NCBI GenBank assembly: GCA_965214485.1
Contig: CBDCBW010000015.1
Coordinates: 338,000-401,999, forward strand
Direction of reading: 5' to 3'
DNA length: 64,000 nt
Source of the DNA: Rhodothermales bacterium
GTDB lineage: Bacteria > Bacteroidota > Rhodothermia > Rhodothermales > JANQRZ01
Every line of letters begins with the position of its first letter. Position 1 is the first letter of the stretch. The notes under the pieces were generated by a model, which was given only the letters and a program-made list of their open reading frames with translations, did not search any database and was not told the DNA's origin. The position numbers were made by a program, and so were the translations under genes. Below are positions 50,113 to 57,546 of this stretch, piece after piece.

Positions 50113-51567
50113 GTGGCATCTGCAAAGAAGGAGAGCCAAATCCCCGTCGGCACGGGCTTCAGCCCCGATCTCGTGAGCCTGCCAGACTACGTTCGCGCCG
50201 CCGTTCGGCACAGCGGGGATTTGGACGCGCTGGAAGAAGCGCTCAACACACCGCCCGTCTGGATCGGCAAGAAGCTGAGGACGACGCGGCGCACCCGCCG
50301 CCACCCGATGGAAGCGGGGGCGCAGTACGGACTGCTCACGCCGGGGAGCTACGAAGCAACCGACCTCACGCGAAAGCTCGCCCGGCTGAGCGAGGACGAT
50401 TTGTACCAAGCGTTTGCGCGGCACATCGTTCTGAACGTCGGTGGTCTCCGTGTCGTGGAGGGAGCGCAGGAGATGCATCTTGACGGGCGGAAGGTCACCG
50501 GCGACTCGCTCGCGCAGTACCTCTCGGATCAGGGCTTCCGGGTCAGCGTCCACAACACCGCGATCAACACGATGCGGATGTGGCTGGCGAAAGCAAAGCT
50601 GTTCCCCGAAAGCGGGCGTGGGGCAGGAGCATGGCGACCGGACCCGGCGGTAAAGGAGCAACTTGTGGGGATGGACGACGATGCTATCGCGGCGCTGGCA
50701 GCATTGACGCCCGAACAGGTCGCGTTTGCTAAAACGCTCGCTCGCCTCGACCCGGACGACTGGACACCGGCGGCAGAGGTACGGGACCTTGCCGAAGCCG
50801 CTGAGGGCGTGCGGATTGGTCGCGGCTCGTTGCCGAACGAAGTGCTCCGTCCATTGGAGGCAGCGGGGCTGATCGAGTACCGAACGGGCGGCACCAGCAG
50901 CGGGAAGACTTCGGAGTTGAGAACGACGGAGGCGTTTCGGGCCGAGGTGCTGGAGCCGTTTCTGGAGCGGACGCTGAAAGACCTCGACCCGGCACTGACG
51001 GCCTACTACCGCACCCGGCCCGCCGACATTTACACTGCTCTCGGCTCGAAGGACAAGCACGAAAAGGGGCAGGCGCTTGAAGCGTTCGCCGTGATGGTGA
51101 TGCGTCTGCTCGGACTCCGGTTCGTCGGCTGGCGGCGGCGGGCCGAGGAAACCGGATACAGCGAAGTGGACGTGCTGATGGCCGGGCTGTTTGGGGCGGT
51201 GCCTACGACGTGGCAGGTGCAGTGCAAAAACACGCCGTCGGGACAGGTCCGCTTGGAGGATGTAGCGAAGGAAGTCGGGCTGATCCCGCTTATGCGGGCA
51301 ACGCACATCCTCGTGCTGGCAAACGCGCCGTTCACCCGCGATGCCCGGCGCTACGCCGACGCGATCATGCAGAACTCGTCGGTTACGGTTTTTCTGCTGG
51401 ACCGGACGGACTTCGAAGCAATTCGGGAGAGTCCCGCTAACCTGGGTCGCATTCTTCAGGCACAGGCCGAGCGCATCCGCGATCTCAAGATGGCAACGCC
51501 GGTATGGCGAGAAGGCGATGCACGCGGGGGACCGGATCAACCCTCGCTCGGTCTACCGCTGGGCTGA
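50113..51567 (+). CDS. Restriction endonuclease-like protein with a C-terminal Mrr-type PD-(D/E)xK domain; cassette 6
   Basis: Likely GTG start at 50113, just after the HTH gene stop. The C-terminus (GYSEVDVLMAG...WQVQCKNTPSGQV) fits the Mrr_cat D...(E/Q)xK pattern. Its stop abuts attC A8. Confidence 0.65.
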   Translation: MASAKKESQIPVGTGFSPDLVSLPDYVRAAVRHSGDLDALEEALNTPPVWIGKKLRTTRRTRRHPMEAGAQYGLLTPGSYEATDLTRKLARLSEDDLYQAFARHIVLNVGGLRVVEGAQEMHLDGRKVTGDSLAQYLSDQGFRVSVHNTAINTMRMWLAKAKLFPESGRGAGAWRPDPAVKEQLVGMDDDAIAALAALTPEQVAFAKTLARLDPDDWTPAAEVRDLAEAAEGVRIGRGSLPNEVLRPLEAAGLIEYRTGGTSSGKTSELRTTEAFRAEVLEPFLERTLKDLDPALTAYYRTRPADIYTALGSKDKHEKGQALEAFAVMVMRLLGLRFVGWRRRAEETGYSEVDVLMAGLFGAVPTTWQVQCKNTPSGQVRLEDVAKEVGLIPLMRATHILVLANAPFTRDARRYADAIMQNSSVTVFLLDRTDFEAIRESPANLGRILQAQAERIRDLKMATPVWREGDARGGPDQPSLGLPLG

Positions 51568-51568
51568 T

Positions 51569-51695
51569 TCTGTATAACAGAGGGCCGCTCACCCGCAGAG
51601 GGCCGCGCGGCGGTGGGACGAGGCAACGTAGACGCCGAGGTTCGGACGAGGCAAGACCGTGCAGCCCTTCGTCGGCGTGCAGCGGCGGGTTAGGC
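51569..51695 (-). repeat. attC-like site A8
   Basis: Boxes GTATAAC ... GTTAGGC. Arms GGGCCGCTCACCC / GTGCAGCGGCGG. Confidence 0.8.
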
Positions 51696-51713
51696 AGAAT
51701 GCGGGCAGTGGAG

Positions 51714-53066
51714 TTAGTTCAGAGTTGCCCTCAGCGAAGGGAAGAAGGCTGAAACCGGATTGTCTACAGAGTCCGGATCGTCAAGAGCTTTCCGGACCTG
51801 GCTGGCGATCTCAGACTTGTACACCTCAAGCCTTGGCACCAGTGCAAAGATGCTCGAGGTATCAATCTGAATCGTCCTCACTTGATTGAGGTCGAACGGA
51901 ATGTGGTCTGCTGCCCGCATGATCTGGACAGTCGGCAGACGACAGGCGTGCCTCAAGGCCAACTCGTAGAATACGTTGGGGTTATGATAAGACAGATCTG
52001 CGATGACTAACTTTGACTTGAGGATGTACTCGATGATCTGGGCCGTGATGATACCAGGCTCCGCGATATAGTCCGCACGCACCAGCTTCAGTCCAAACGG
52101 CTCCAAGGCGGGCTCGATAATAGAGCCCATGAAGAGATCTGAGTGCTGACGCTGCTCCGATTCCTCATCACCTATCGGCGTGATGTAGAAACAAATATGA
52201 TCGAAGTCAGCGCTTGAACTGGCGGGTTTGGCGCGACCTGTCGCAACTACTCCGTCAGGGGCCGGGCGTCCACCCCGGCTTGGGGCACGAACGGCGCGCT
52301 CCAGTCCTTCAAGGGCGTGGTCGAACGTCAAGAGGCGTTCAGCACCTGAAAGAGTTCTGAGAAGGCCCAGATACCGAGCGTTGACGATGAATATGTCAAC
52401 GCACTCGTTCGATCTCTGCTCTGACATACCGGTCTCACGTAACGCGTCGCGCAAAAGAGAACTCGACGGCATTCGTGAGCCTGCAAATGTCTCATAAAGC
52501 AACTTGAACGGCTCGACACCCATTATCCCAAGCTCAATCCGAGCCTTAGTCCGCTCGTGCTCGGACACGTCGTCGCTGGTCGCCTTGTCACCTTCGGGAG
52601 TCAACTGAAGATGCTCCGCTTTATGACTCCCCTTCACAAGACCGTACTTGCTCGCGTTCGTGAGAAGCTGCCGACTCTGACTACTCTCAGGAGACTTGCC
52701 GAACTCATCGAACAAGGTGAGACGACGGACCTGGTTGCTTCCTGCAGTCTCTTGGATGAACTGCGCAAAGCTCACGACCTCCTCAAAGGAGGCATTAGGG
52801 TAGGGTAGCGGCGTTCGCTGTCTGGGCTTCTTTGCGGCAGGCTTCTTCTTATCAGCAGGCTTCTTCTTCCGTGTCGTCTTCTTCCCAGCATTGGCCTTTG
52901 GCTTCCGGCTGGCGGGTTTCTTAGCCGTAGCCTTTTGAGCCGACTCCGCCTTCTTCGCTGGCTCCGCTGCCTCAGTTGACTGTTCGCCCTCCGACATGGG
53001 CTCGGCGTCAGAGGACTTCGACTCTGATTCCCCGAAGAGGTTGGTGCCATTCGCTCCTACTTCCAT
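51714..53066 (-). CDS. Three-part protein: Lys/Pro/Ala-rich basic tail, two winged-helix-like repeats, and a C-terminal nucleoside 2-deoxyribosyltransferase/TIR-like domain; cassette 5
   Basis: 450 aa. Basic tail KKPASRKPKANAGKKTTRKKKPADKKKPAAKKPRQR. C-terminus CFYITPIGDEESEQ...VRADYI...LVIADLSYHNPNVFYELALRHA matches the NDT-like pattern (recall-level). Confidence 0.6.
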   Translation of the reverse strand: MEVGANGTNLFGESESKSSDAEPMSEGEQSTEAAEPAKKAESAQKATAKKPASRKPKANAGKKTTRKKKPADKKKPAAKKPRQRTPLPYPNASFEEVVSFAQFIQETAGSNQVRRLTLFDEFGKSPESSQSRQLLTNASKYGLVKGSHKAEHLQLTPEGDKATSDDVSEHERTKARIELGIMGVEPFKLLYETFAGSRMPSSSLLRDALRETGMSEQRSNECVDIFIVNARYLGLLRTLSGAERLLTFDHALEGLERAVRAPSRGGRPAPDGVVATGRAKPASSSADFDHICFYITPIGDEESEQRQHSDLFMGSIIEPALEPFGLKLVRADYIAEPGIITAQIIEYILKSKLVIADLSYHNPNVFYELALRHACRLPTVQIMRAADHIPFDLNQVRTIQIDTSSIFALVPRLEVYKSEIASQVRKALDDPDSVDNPVSAFFPSLRATLN

Positions 53067-53131
53067 TGGACTAACCGGTCTGTTTCAAGAGCCTGAACAA
53101 GTTCGCGTAGAAGATACTCGGTCGGGGCATT

Positions 53132-53261
53132 CTGCCTAACAGAGGGCCGCTCACCCGCAGAGGGCCGCGACCAGGATGGACTCGAAGATATGACGGCGTG
53201 GGCGCTCGACCGCAGGCAAGACGACCGAGGCCCTATGTCGGCGTGCAGCGGCGGGTTAGCA
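53132..53261 (-). repeat. attC-like site A9
   Basis: Boxes GCCTAAC ... GTTAGCA. Arms GGGCCGCTCACCC / GTGCAGCGGCGG. Confidence 0.8.
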
Positions 53262-53628
53262 CGCAGGCGTTGAGGGCACACCGTTGGAACTGCGAAGCTT
53301 ACCCCCCTCCTACCTACGACGCGGGTCCGCCCGCCTCGGTGAGACTCTGGACACGGCTGCGTAGCGGCGGTGACCGCACTCGCTCTGGATTGGGTGCCCG
53401 GCTGTGGGGGCCGAGCAGACGGAGGAACTGCGACGCCGAGCTCGCACGGCTGGCAGAACCTCCCGCGACGCTGGTAGGCACCCACGAGCACACGCTCACC
53501 CGAGGCCGCCTCTGCCGGGCCGTGGAGGCGAGCACGGGCCACTCGGTCCACAAGAACACCGAGGCTGGCAAGGGCGCGAGTGGTTCCGCCTTGCAAGGAA
53601 ACGGACTCCGCCCCACGACGAGGGCCTG

Positions 53629-53759
53629 CGTGCTAACAGAGGGCCGCTCACCCGCGCAGGGCAAACAGCACAATGGTCGAACGAAGCTACGGAAGCGCAG
53701 GCGTTCGGACGAGCCGAGAACGCTCACGCCCTGCGTCGGCGTGCAGCGGCGGGTTAGCC
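53629..53759 (-). repeat. attC-like site A10
   Basis: Boxes TGCTAAC ... GTTAGCC. Arms GGGCCGCTCACCC / GTGCAGCGGCGG. Confidence 0.8.
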
Positions 53760-54569
53760 GGACCCGTGGGGCACGGCAGTTGGGGACAGCATCTCTTGAA
53801 CCTCCTCAATCGTGTACGGTGGAGACTTCCGGTGGATTACGGCGTGGCAGTTCGGACAGACTGGACGGAGGTCGTCTACCGGATCTACCTCGTACCGCTC
53901 GCCCAACTCTGACACCGGGCGGAGGTGATGGACGTGGATGAAGCCCTCGGTGGCGGCACCGTAGGCACGGGCGAAGTCGAACCCGCAGACGATGCACGCA
54001 ACGCCGTAGTAGGCAAGGCACCGCCGCCGTGCCTCCGGGTTGCGCTCGTACACGTTGAGGCTGACGGCGCGCGGGGTGCCCTCGTACAGCGGGCGCGGCT
54101 CAGCGCTCCGGTTAGAATCCGGCGGGGAGGCCGAGCCGATGACGGAACCCCACTCCCGTTCCAGCGCTTCCGCAACGTGAGGCGGGATCGAGGTACCCGA
54201 CGCCTGGGTGTTCCAGTAGACGTCAGCGAACTCGGGCGCGTCCAGCCGCTCGCGCGGGAGGATCGGATCAGTCTCGGGATCTTGCAGCGCGTCGAACTCC
54301 ACTTCGACGAACCAGCCTGGCGTGTCGCGCTCCGGGTCCCAATGATCGTCTTGGTACGACGGCGTTGTGACGGAGCCGCTGGCGATGATCCCGCGTGGTT
54401 CGAGACCCTGGCGGAGCAAGAAAACGCGGTCGCCCTGCTCGATCCGTTTCGTGTTTCCGCAACTCCAACGACGGACCAATCGCCCGCGCTCGGCAACCTC
54501 GTTTGCGTCGGCGGCGAGGCCGTCCCACTTCCACCGCTTCGGGTTCCACGTCAGGAGATACGTCGCCAT
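53754..54569 (-). CDS. PUA-like (EVE/ASCH-type) domain fused to an HNH nuclease (candidate modification-dependent restriction enzyme); cassette 3
   Basis: 271 aa. N-terminus YLLTWNPKRWKW...GDRVFLLRQG..GIIASG. C-terminal HNH CIVCGFDF...FIHVHHLRPV...CPNCHAVIH. Its TAA stop lies inside the GGCTAAC box of A10. Confidence 0.75.
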   Translation of the reverse strand: MATYLLTWNPKRWKWDGLAADANEVAERGRLVRRWSCGNTKRIEQGDRVFLLRQGLEPRGIIASGSVTTPSYQDDHWDPERDTPGWFVEVEFDALQDPETDPILPRERLDAPEFADVYWNTQASGTSIPPHVAEALEREWGSVIGSASPPDSNRSAEPRPLYEGTPRAVSLNVYERNPEARRRCLAYYGVACIVCGFDFARAYGAATEGFIHVHHLRPVSELGERYEVDPVDDLRPVCPNCHAVIHRKSPPYTIEEVQEMLSPTAVPHGSG

Positions 54570-54590
54570 AGCACAGCGATTCGGAGGGTA

Positions 54591-54720
54591 CGGCTAACAG
54601 TTGACCGCTCAGCCGCGTGGGGCAAACAGCACGGAAGTTGAACGAAGCGAAGGTAGCGCCGACGCCAGAACGAGCCGAGAACGCTCACGCCTCACGTCGG
54701 CCTGCAGCGGTGGGTTATGT
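54591..54720 (-). repeat. attC-like site A11
   Basis: Boxes GGCTAAC ... GTTATGT. Arms GACCGCTCAGCC / CTGCAGCGGTGG. Confidence 0.75.
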
Positions 54721-54745
54721 GGCGTACAGTAGATGTCCACTCATT

Positions 54746-55441
54746 CTAATGTCCGAACCGATACGAACCTAGGTCGATCAGGTCTAACTCCTCGATTCGA
54801 ATCGCCATCGCCTCGTAGGAGACGCCGAAGAGTTCAGCAATTGGCTTCACGGGGTTCCCGGCGAACATTCCAGCCTTTGCCAAGCGAAGAGAGAGTGGCC
54901 GCATATCGGGACTTGTAGCTAGCAGAGGTCCCAAATCTTTAATCCCGAGGGAGAATGCCGAGTCGTTGGATACGATAAACCGATCAGATCCGAAGATCGC
55001 TCGGAATGCCTCTCTCATCACGGACTCGGGCATCAAGAAGTATGCGGCGAACTTGTCGGCTTCATACTCCACTTGTGGGCGGTGGCCCCGAATCAGCGAG
55101 CCATCAAGGCCACGATCTCTGAACTGTTTGTCTGCTTTGTGGAGAATCGCATGACCAAGCTCATGCGCCGCCGTGAAAGCCTGGACCACTGGTACGAACT
55201 GCTCTGATACGGCAGCGTATCGCTTCGGTTTGTCGATGAACCCAGCCACCTCGGTTACGTCGCCACCATCGATGATCTGTCCCAAGAATGGAGCGCGCTC
55301 AAAAGTGTAGCCGAAAGCATGAAATGCGGAGGGCGGATCAAGAACATCGATGACGCCTCTGTCGGTACCGTCTGTCCATATGTCTGACCTATTTCTCCAA
55401 AGGTCGTTCTGGACGTTTTTAGCGATGGAGTGAACGACCAC
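54746..55441 (-). CDS. ImmA/IrrE-family zinc metallopeptidase; cassette 2
   Basis: 231 aa. HEXXH motif AAHELGHAILH followed by EYEADKFAAYFLMP. The GTG start is embedded in the IS200-like end hairpin, so the true N-terminus is uncertain. Confidence 0.75.
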   Translation of the reverse strand: MVVHSIAKNVQNDLWRNRSDIWTDGTDRGVIDVLDPPSAFHAFGYTFERAPFLGQIIDGGDVTEVAGFIDKPKRYAAVSEQFVPVVQAFTAAHELGHAILHKADKQFRDRGLDGSLIRGHRPQVEYEADKFAAYFLMPESVMREAFRAIFGSDRFIVSNDSAFSLGIKDLGPLLATSPDMRPLSLRLAKAGMFAGNPVKPIAELFGVSYEAMAIRIEELDLIDLGSYRFGH

Positions 55442-56020
55442 CCCCAGAGGGGGTGGCTTCTGTATTCCTCACGGCGACCCCTGAAAGGGGATCGCGCGCT
55501 CACGAGAACAGATCGTAGTTGGCCTGCTGCCGCTCCTGTTTCTTCTCCTCCTGCTCCTGATACTGAACGTAGCGCCGGATCAGATCCTCGTTCAAACCCA
55601 CCGTGTTCACAAAGTACCCTCGCGACCAGAAATGATTGCCCCAATACGGCTTCTTCCGCAGACGGGGGTAGCTCTTGAACAGCTTGATCGCCAGCTTCCC
55701 CTTCAGAAAGCCCATGAACTGCGAGACCGCCAGCTTCGGTGGGATCGAGCAGAGCAGGTGGATGTGGTCGGGCTGCACGCTTAGCTCCATCACCTCGACC
55801 TGCTTCCACGCACACAGCACCCGGATGTCGTGCTCGACGGCCTCTTTGATAGCCCCTTCGAGCACACGGTAGCGGTACTTCGGCGTCCAGACGATGTGGT
55901 AGTTGCACTGGTAGACCGTGTGCGTGAGCTTTCGATACTTCGCGTTGCGCTCTGCCATGCTGCCAGTTTACGGCATAGCCGAACACACATCACCACCGTC
56001 AAAGACGGTGGGTTGCTACG
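55440..56020 (-). mobile_element. IS200/IS605-family element (tnpA only; ends approximate) inside cassette 2
   Basis: The Y1 transposase gene is flanked by subterminal hairpins: CCACCGTCAAAGACGGTGG at 55994-56012, and GACCCCTGAAAGGGGATC and CCACCCCCAGAGGGGGTGG at 55437-55492. Confidence 0.7.
55500..55958 (-). CDS. tnpA: IS200/IS605-family Y1 transposase TnpA
   Basis: 152 aa. YHIVWTPKYRYRVL, the HUH motif (DHIHLL) and the catalytic-Tyr region WSRGYFVNTVG. Confidence 0.9.
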   Translation of the reverse strand: MAERNAKYRKLTHTVYQCNYHIVWTPKYRYRVLEGAIKEAVEHDIRVLCAWKQVEVMELSVQPDHIHLLCSIPPKLAVSQFMGFLKGKLAIKLFKSYPRLRKKPYWGNHFWSRGYFVNTVGLNEDLIRRYVQYQEQEEKKQERQQANYDLFS

Positions 56021-56769
56021 CTAAACTCAATCTCCGAGTCAGTATACTTCGAGTCGATTAGACTCTTGTCTCGAATGAGGTTGATGTCCAATCCGAAGCC
56101 GTCATTCGAAGCTTGTGCGCCAGACCTCAACTCCAAGACTCTGGTTTGCAGTTCAGTGCCGATGAGGCGAGCGCGTTCCTCCAACTTTTCCGCGCGAGCT
56201 AGCAACTCCACGATCTCGCTCTCCCCGTTGAAGCTCTTGAGGTTGAGGTACACGATCGAAATAGCGCCGGTCGCTCCAGACAGGGCGGAGTCGATAGCCA
56301 CCTCCGAGTCGCCTCGGGCAGCCTTAAACCCAATGTCGAATACGGTGACGGCGTGTTCGGCGAGCGCCAAACAGCTCTCAGCTATTTCAAGAGGAATTTC
56401 ACTGGCAACATGCAACTCATCCAAAGCCTGCTTCCCATACCTCCATCTCTGGGCGGGATCGGTCTCGGCGTTTCTTGCAAGTCGCGCCTTGATGACCTTG
56501 TCAAACTGAACTGAGTCCTCGTCGAACGCTTCCCACAGCTTGGGCTCGATGTCATTGGTGATGGACTCCTCGATACTGTTAAGCTCGGCTACGGCTTCTT
56601 CATGTTCATGGCCGCCACGTCGCTTCGAAAGATCGATGACGGTTTTCGTCAGAGCGCACGAGATCAGGCCGAGCAGCGCGGCTGCGCTACCCGAACCGGG
56701 CTTGTGCCCGCCAGCGCCGAACTTCCTCAGAAGCTCGTCTAGGGGAAGCTTTGCTAGATCGACTGCCAT
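55999..56769 (-). CDS. Cyclodeaminase/cyclohydrolase (FTCD C-terminal) family protein; cassette 2. Its C-terminus may be altered by the IS200 insertion.
   Basis: 256 aa. N-terminus LPLDELLRKFGAGGHKPGSGSAAALLGLISCALTKTVIDLS matches the FTCD_C pattern (PGGGSAAAL). The last 7 codons run into the IS end. Confidence 0.6.
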   Translation of the reverse strand: MAVDLAKLPLDELLRKFGAGGHKPGSGSAAALLGLISCALTKTVIDLSKRRGGHEHEEAVAELNSIEESITNDIEPKLWEAFDEDSVQFDKVIKARLARNAETDPAQRWRYGKQALDELHVASEIPLEIAESCLALAEHAVTVFDIGFKAARGDSEVAIDSALSGATGAISIVYLNLKSFNGESEIVELLARAEKLEERARLIGTELQTRVLELRSGAQASNDGFGLDINLIRDKSLIDSKYTDSEIEFSVATHRL

Positions 56770-56837
56770 GCCTCTCTGATCTGTGAACCTCGGGAGCTAA
56801 CGCACGCATCCGTAGCAGGTTGCCTTGTGCTCCCGCT

Positions 56838-56970
56838 AGCCACATAACAGACGGCCGCTCAACCGCGAAGGGCAAACGGCATGATGGTGAATCAGAGCGC
56901 AGGATACGCCGACGGTCGGACAACGCGAAAACGCTGACGCCCTTCGTCGGCTTGCAGCGGCGGGTTATGT
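56838..56970 (-). repeat. attC-like site A12
   Basis: Boxes ACATAAC ... GTTATGT. Arms GGCCGCTCAACC / TTGCAGCGGCGG. Confidence 0.8.
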
Positions 56971-57540
56971 GCACGGCTTGTAGCGCGCGGTGATTACGAT
57001 CTCCTGATCGAAGCGAAAACGACCGATCCCTCGGCTCCGCATCCTCATCCGCATCTCGGAGGTCAAGGGAATACCGTTTACTTGCTCGAACGTGATCTCG
57101 GACTCCACCGGCTCCATCAGGAAGCCCGCTAGTCCCGACAGCTCCGGCGAATGCACGATGACACTCTTCAACTCGGCTGGGTCCTTCTGAAACGTGAAGT
57201 CGGCCCCTGGCACCTCAGCCTCAGCCTCCGAGGGTTTCAGGCGCACCGCGCGGACCCGTAGCTCGTTCGACTGGTGGCTAGGAAGCTCGTGGCGCTTGAA
57301 CTCGTCGCCGCTCAACATGGGGAGGAGGTCTTCTTCCTCCGCGTTGGCTTCGGGATCGTCCAGCCGCTGCTCTCCTTTCTCGACCGAGGACGCAGGACCG
57401 AAAGCGCCGTGCTTGATCTGCTTGGATTCGCTGACGGCACATACGCCCCGGACGGCTTCCTGACGACGCTCGAACTGAGCGACGACTTCGGCGATGATCT
57501 GGCGGGCGCCGCCGCTCAGCAGGGTGTCAGTTTGGCTCAT
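56965..57540 (-). CDS. Orphan acidic protein; cassette 1 (junction-proximal)
   Basis: 191 aa from ATG 57540 (MSQTDTLLSGG), 10 nt after the terminal GTTATGTGCAC box. Its TAA stop lies inside the ACATAAC box of A12. Confidence 0.6.
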   Translation of the reverse strand: MSQTDTLLSGGARQIIAEVVAQFERRQEAVRGVCAVSESKQIKHGAFGPASSVEKGEQRLDDPEANAEEEDLLPMLSGDEFKRHELPSHQSNELRVRAVRLKPSEAEAEVPGADFTFQKDPAELKSVIVHSPELSGLAGFLMEPVESEITFEQVNGIPLTSEMRMRMRSRGIGRFRFDQEIVITARYKPCT

Positions 57541-57546
57541 AGGTGA

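Noticed and set aside
53057-53727. Track ORFs 53057..53596 (179 aa) and 53314..53727 (137 aa) as cargo of the small cassette
   Set aside because: Both read through attC sites A9 or A10 and have shadow-frame composition. The cassette is treated as ORF-less.
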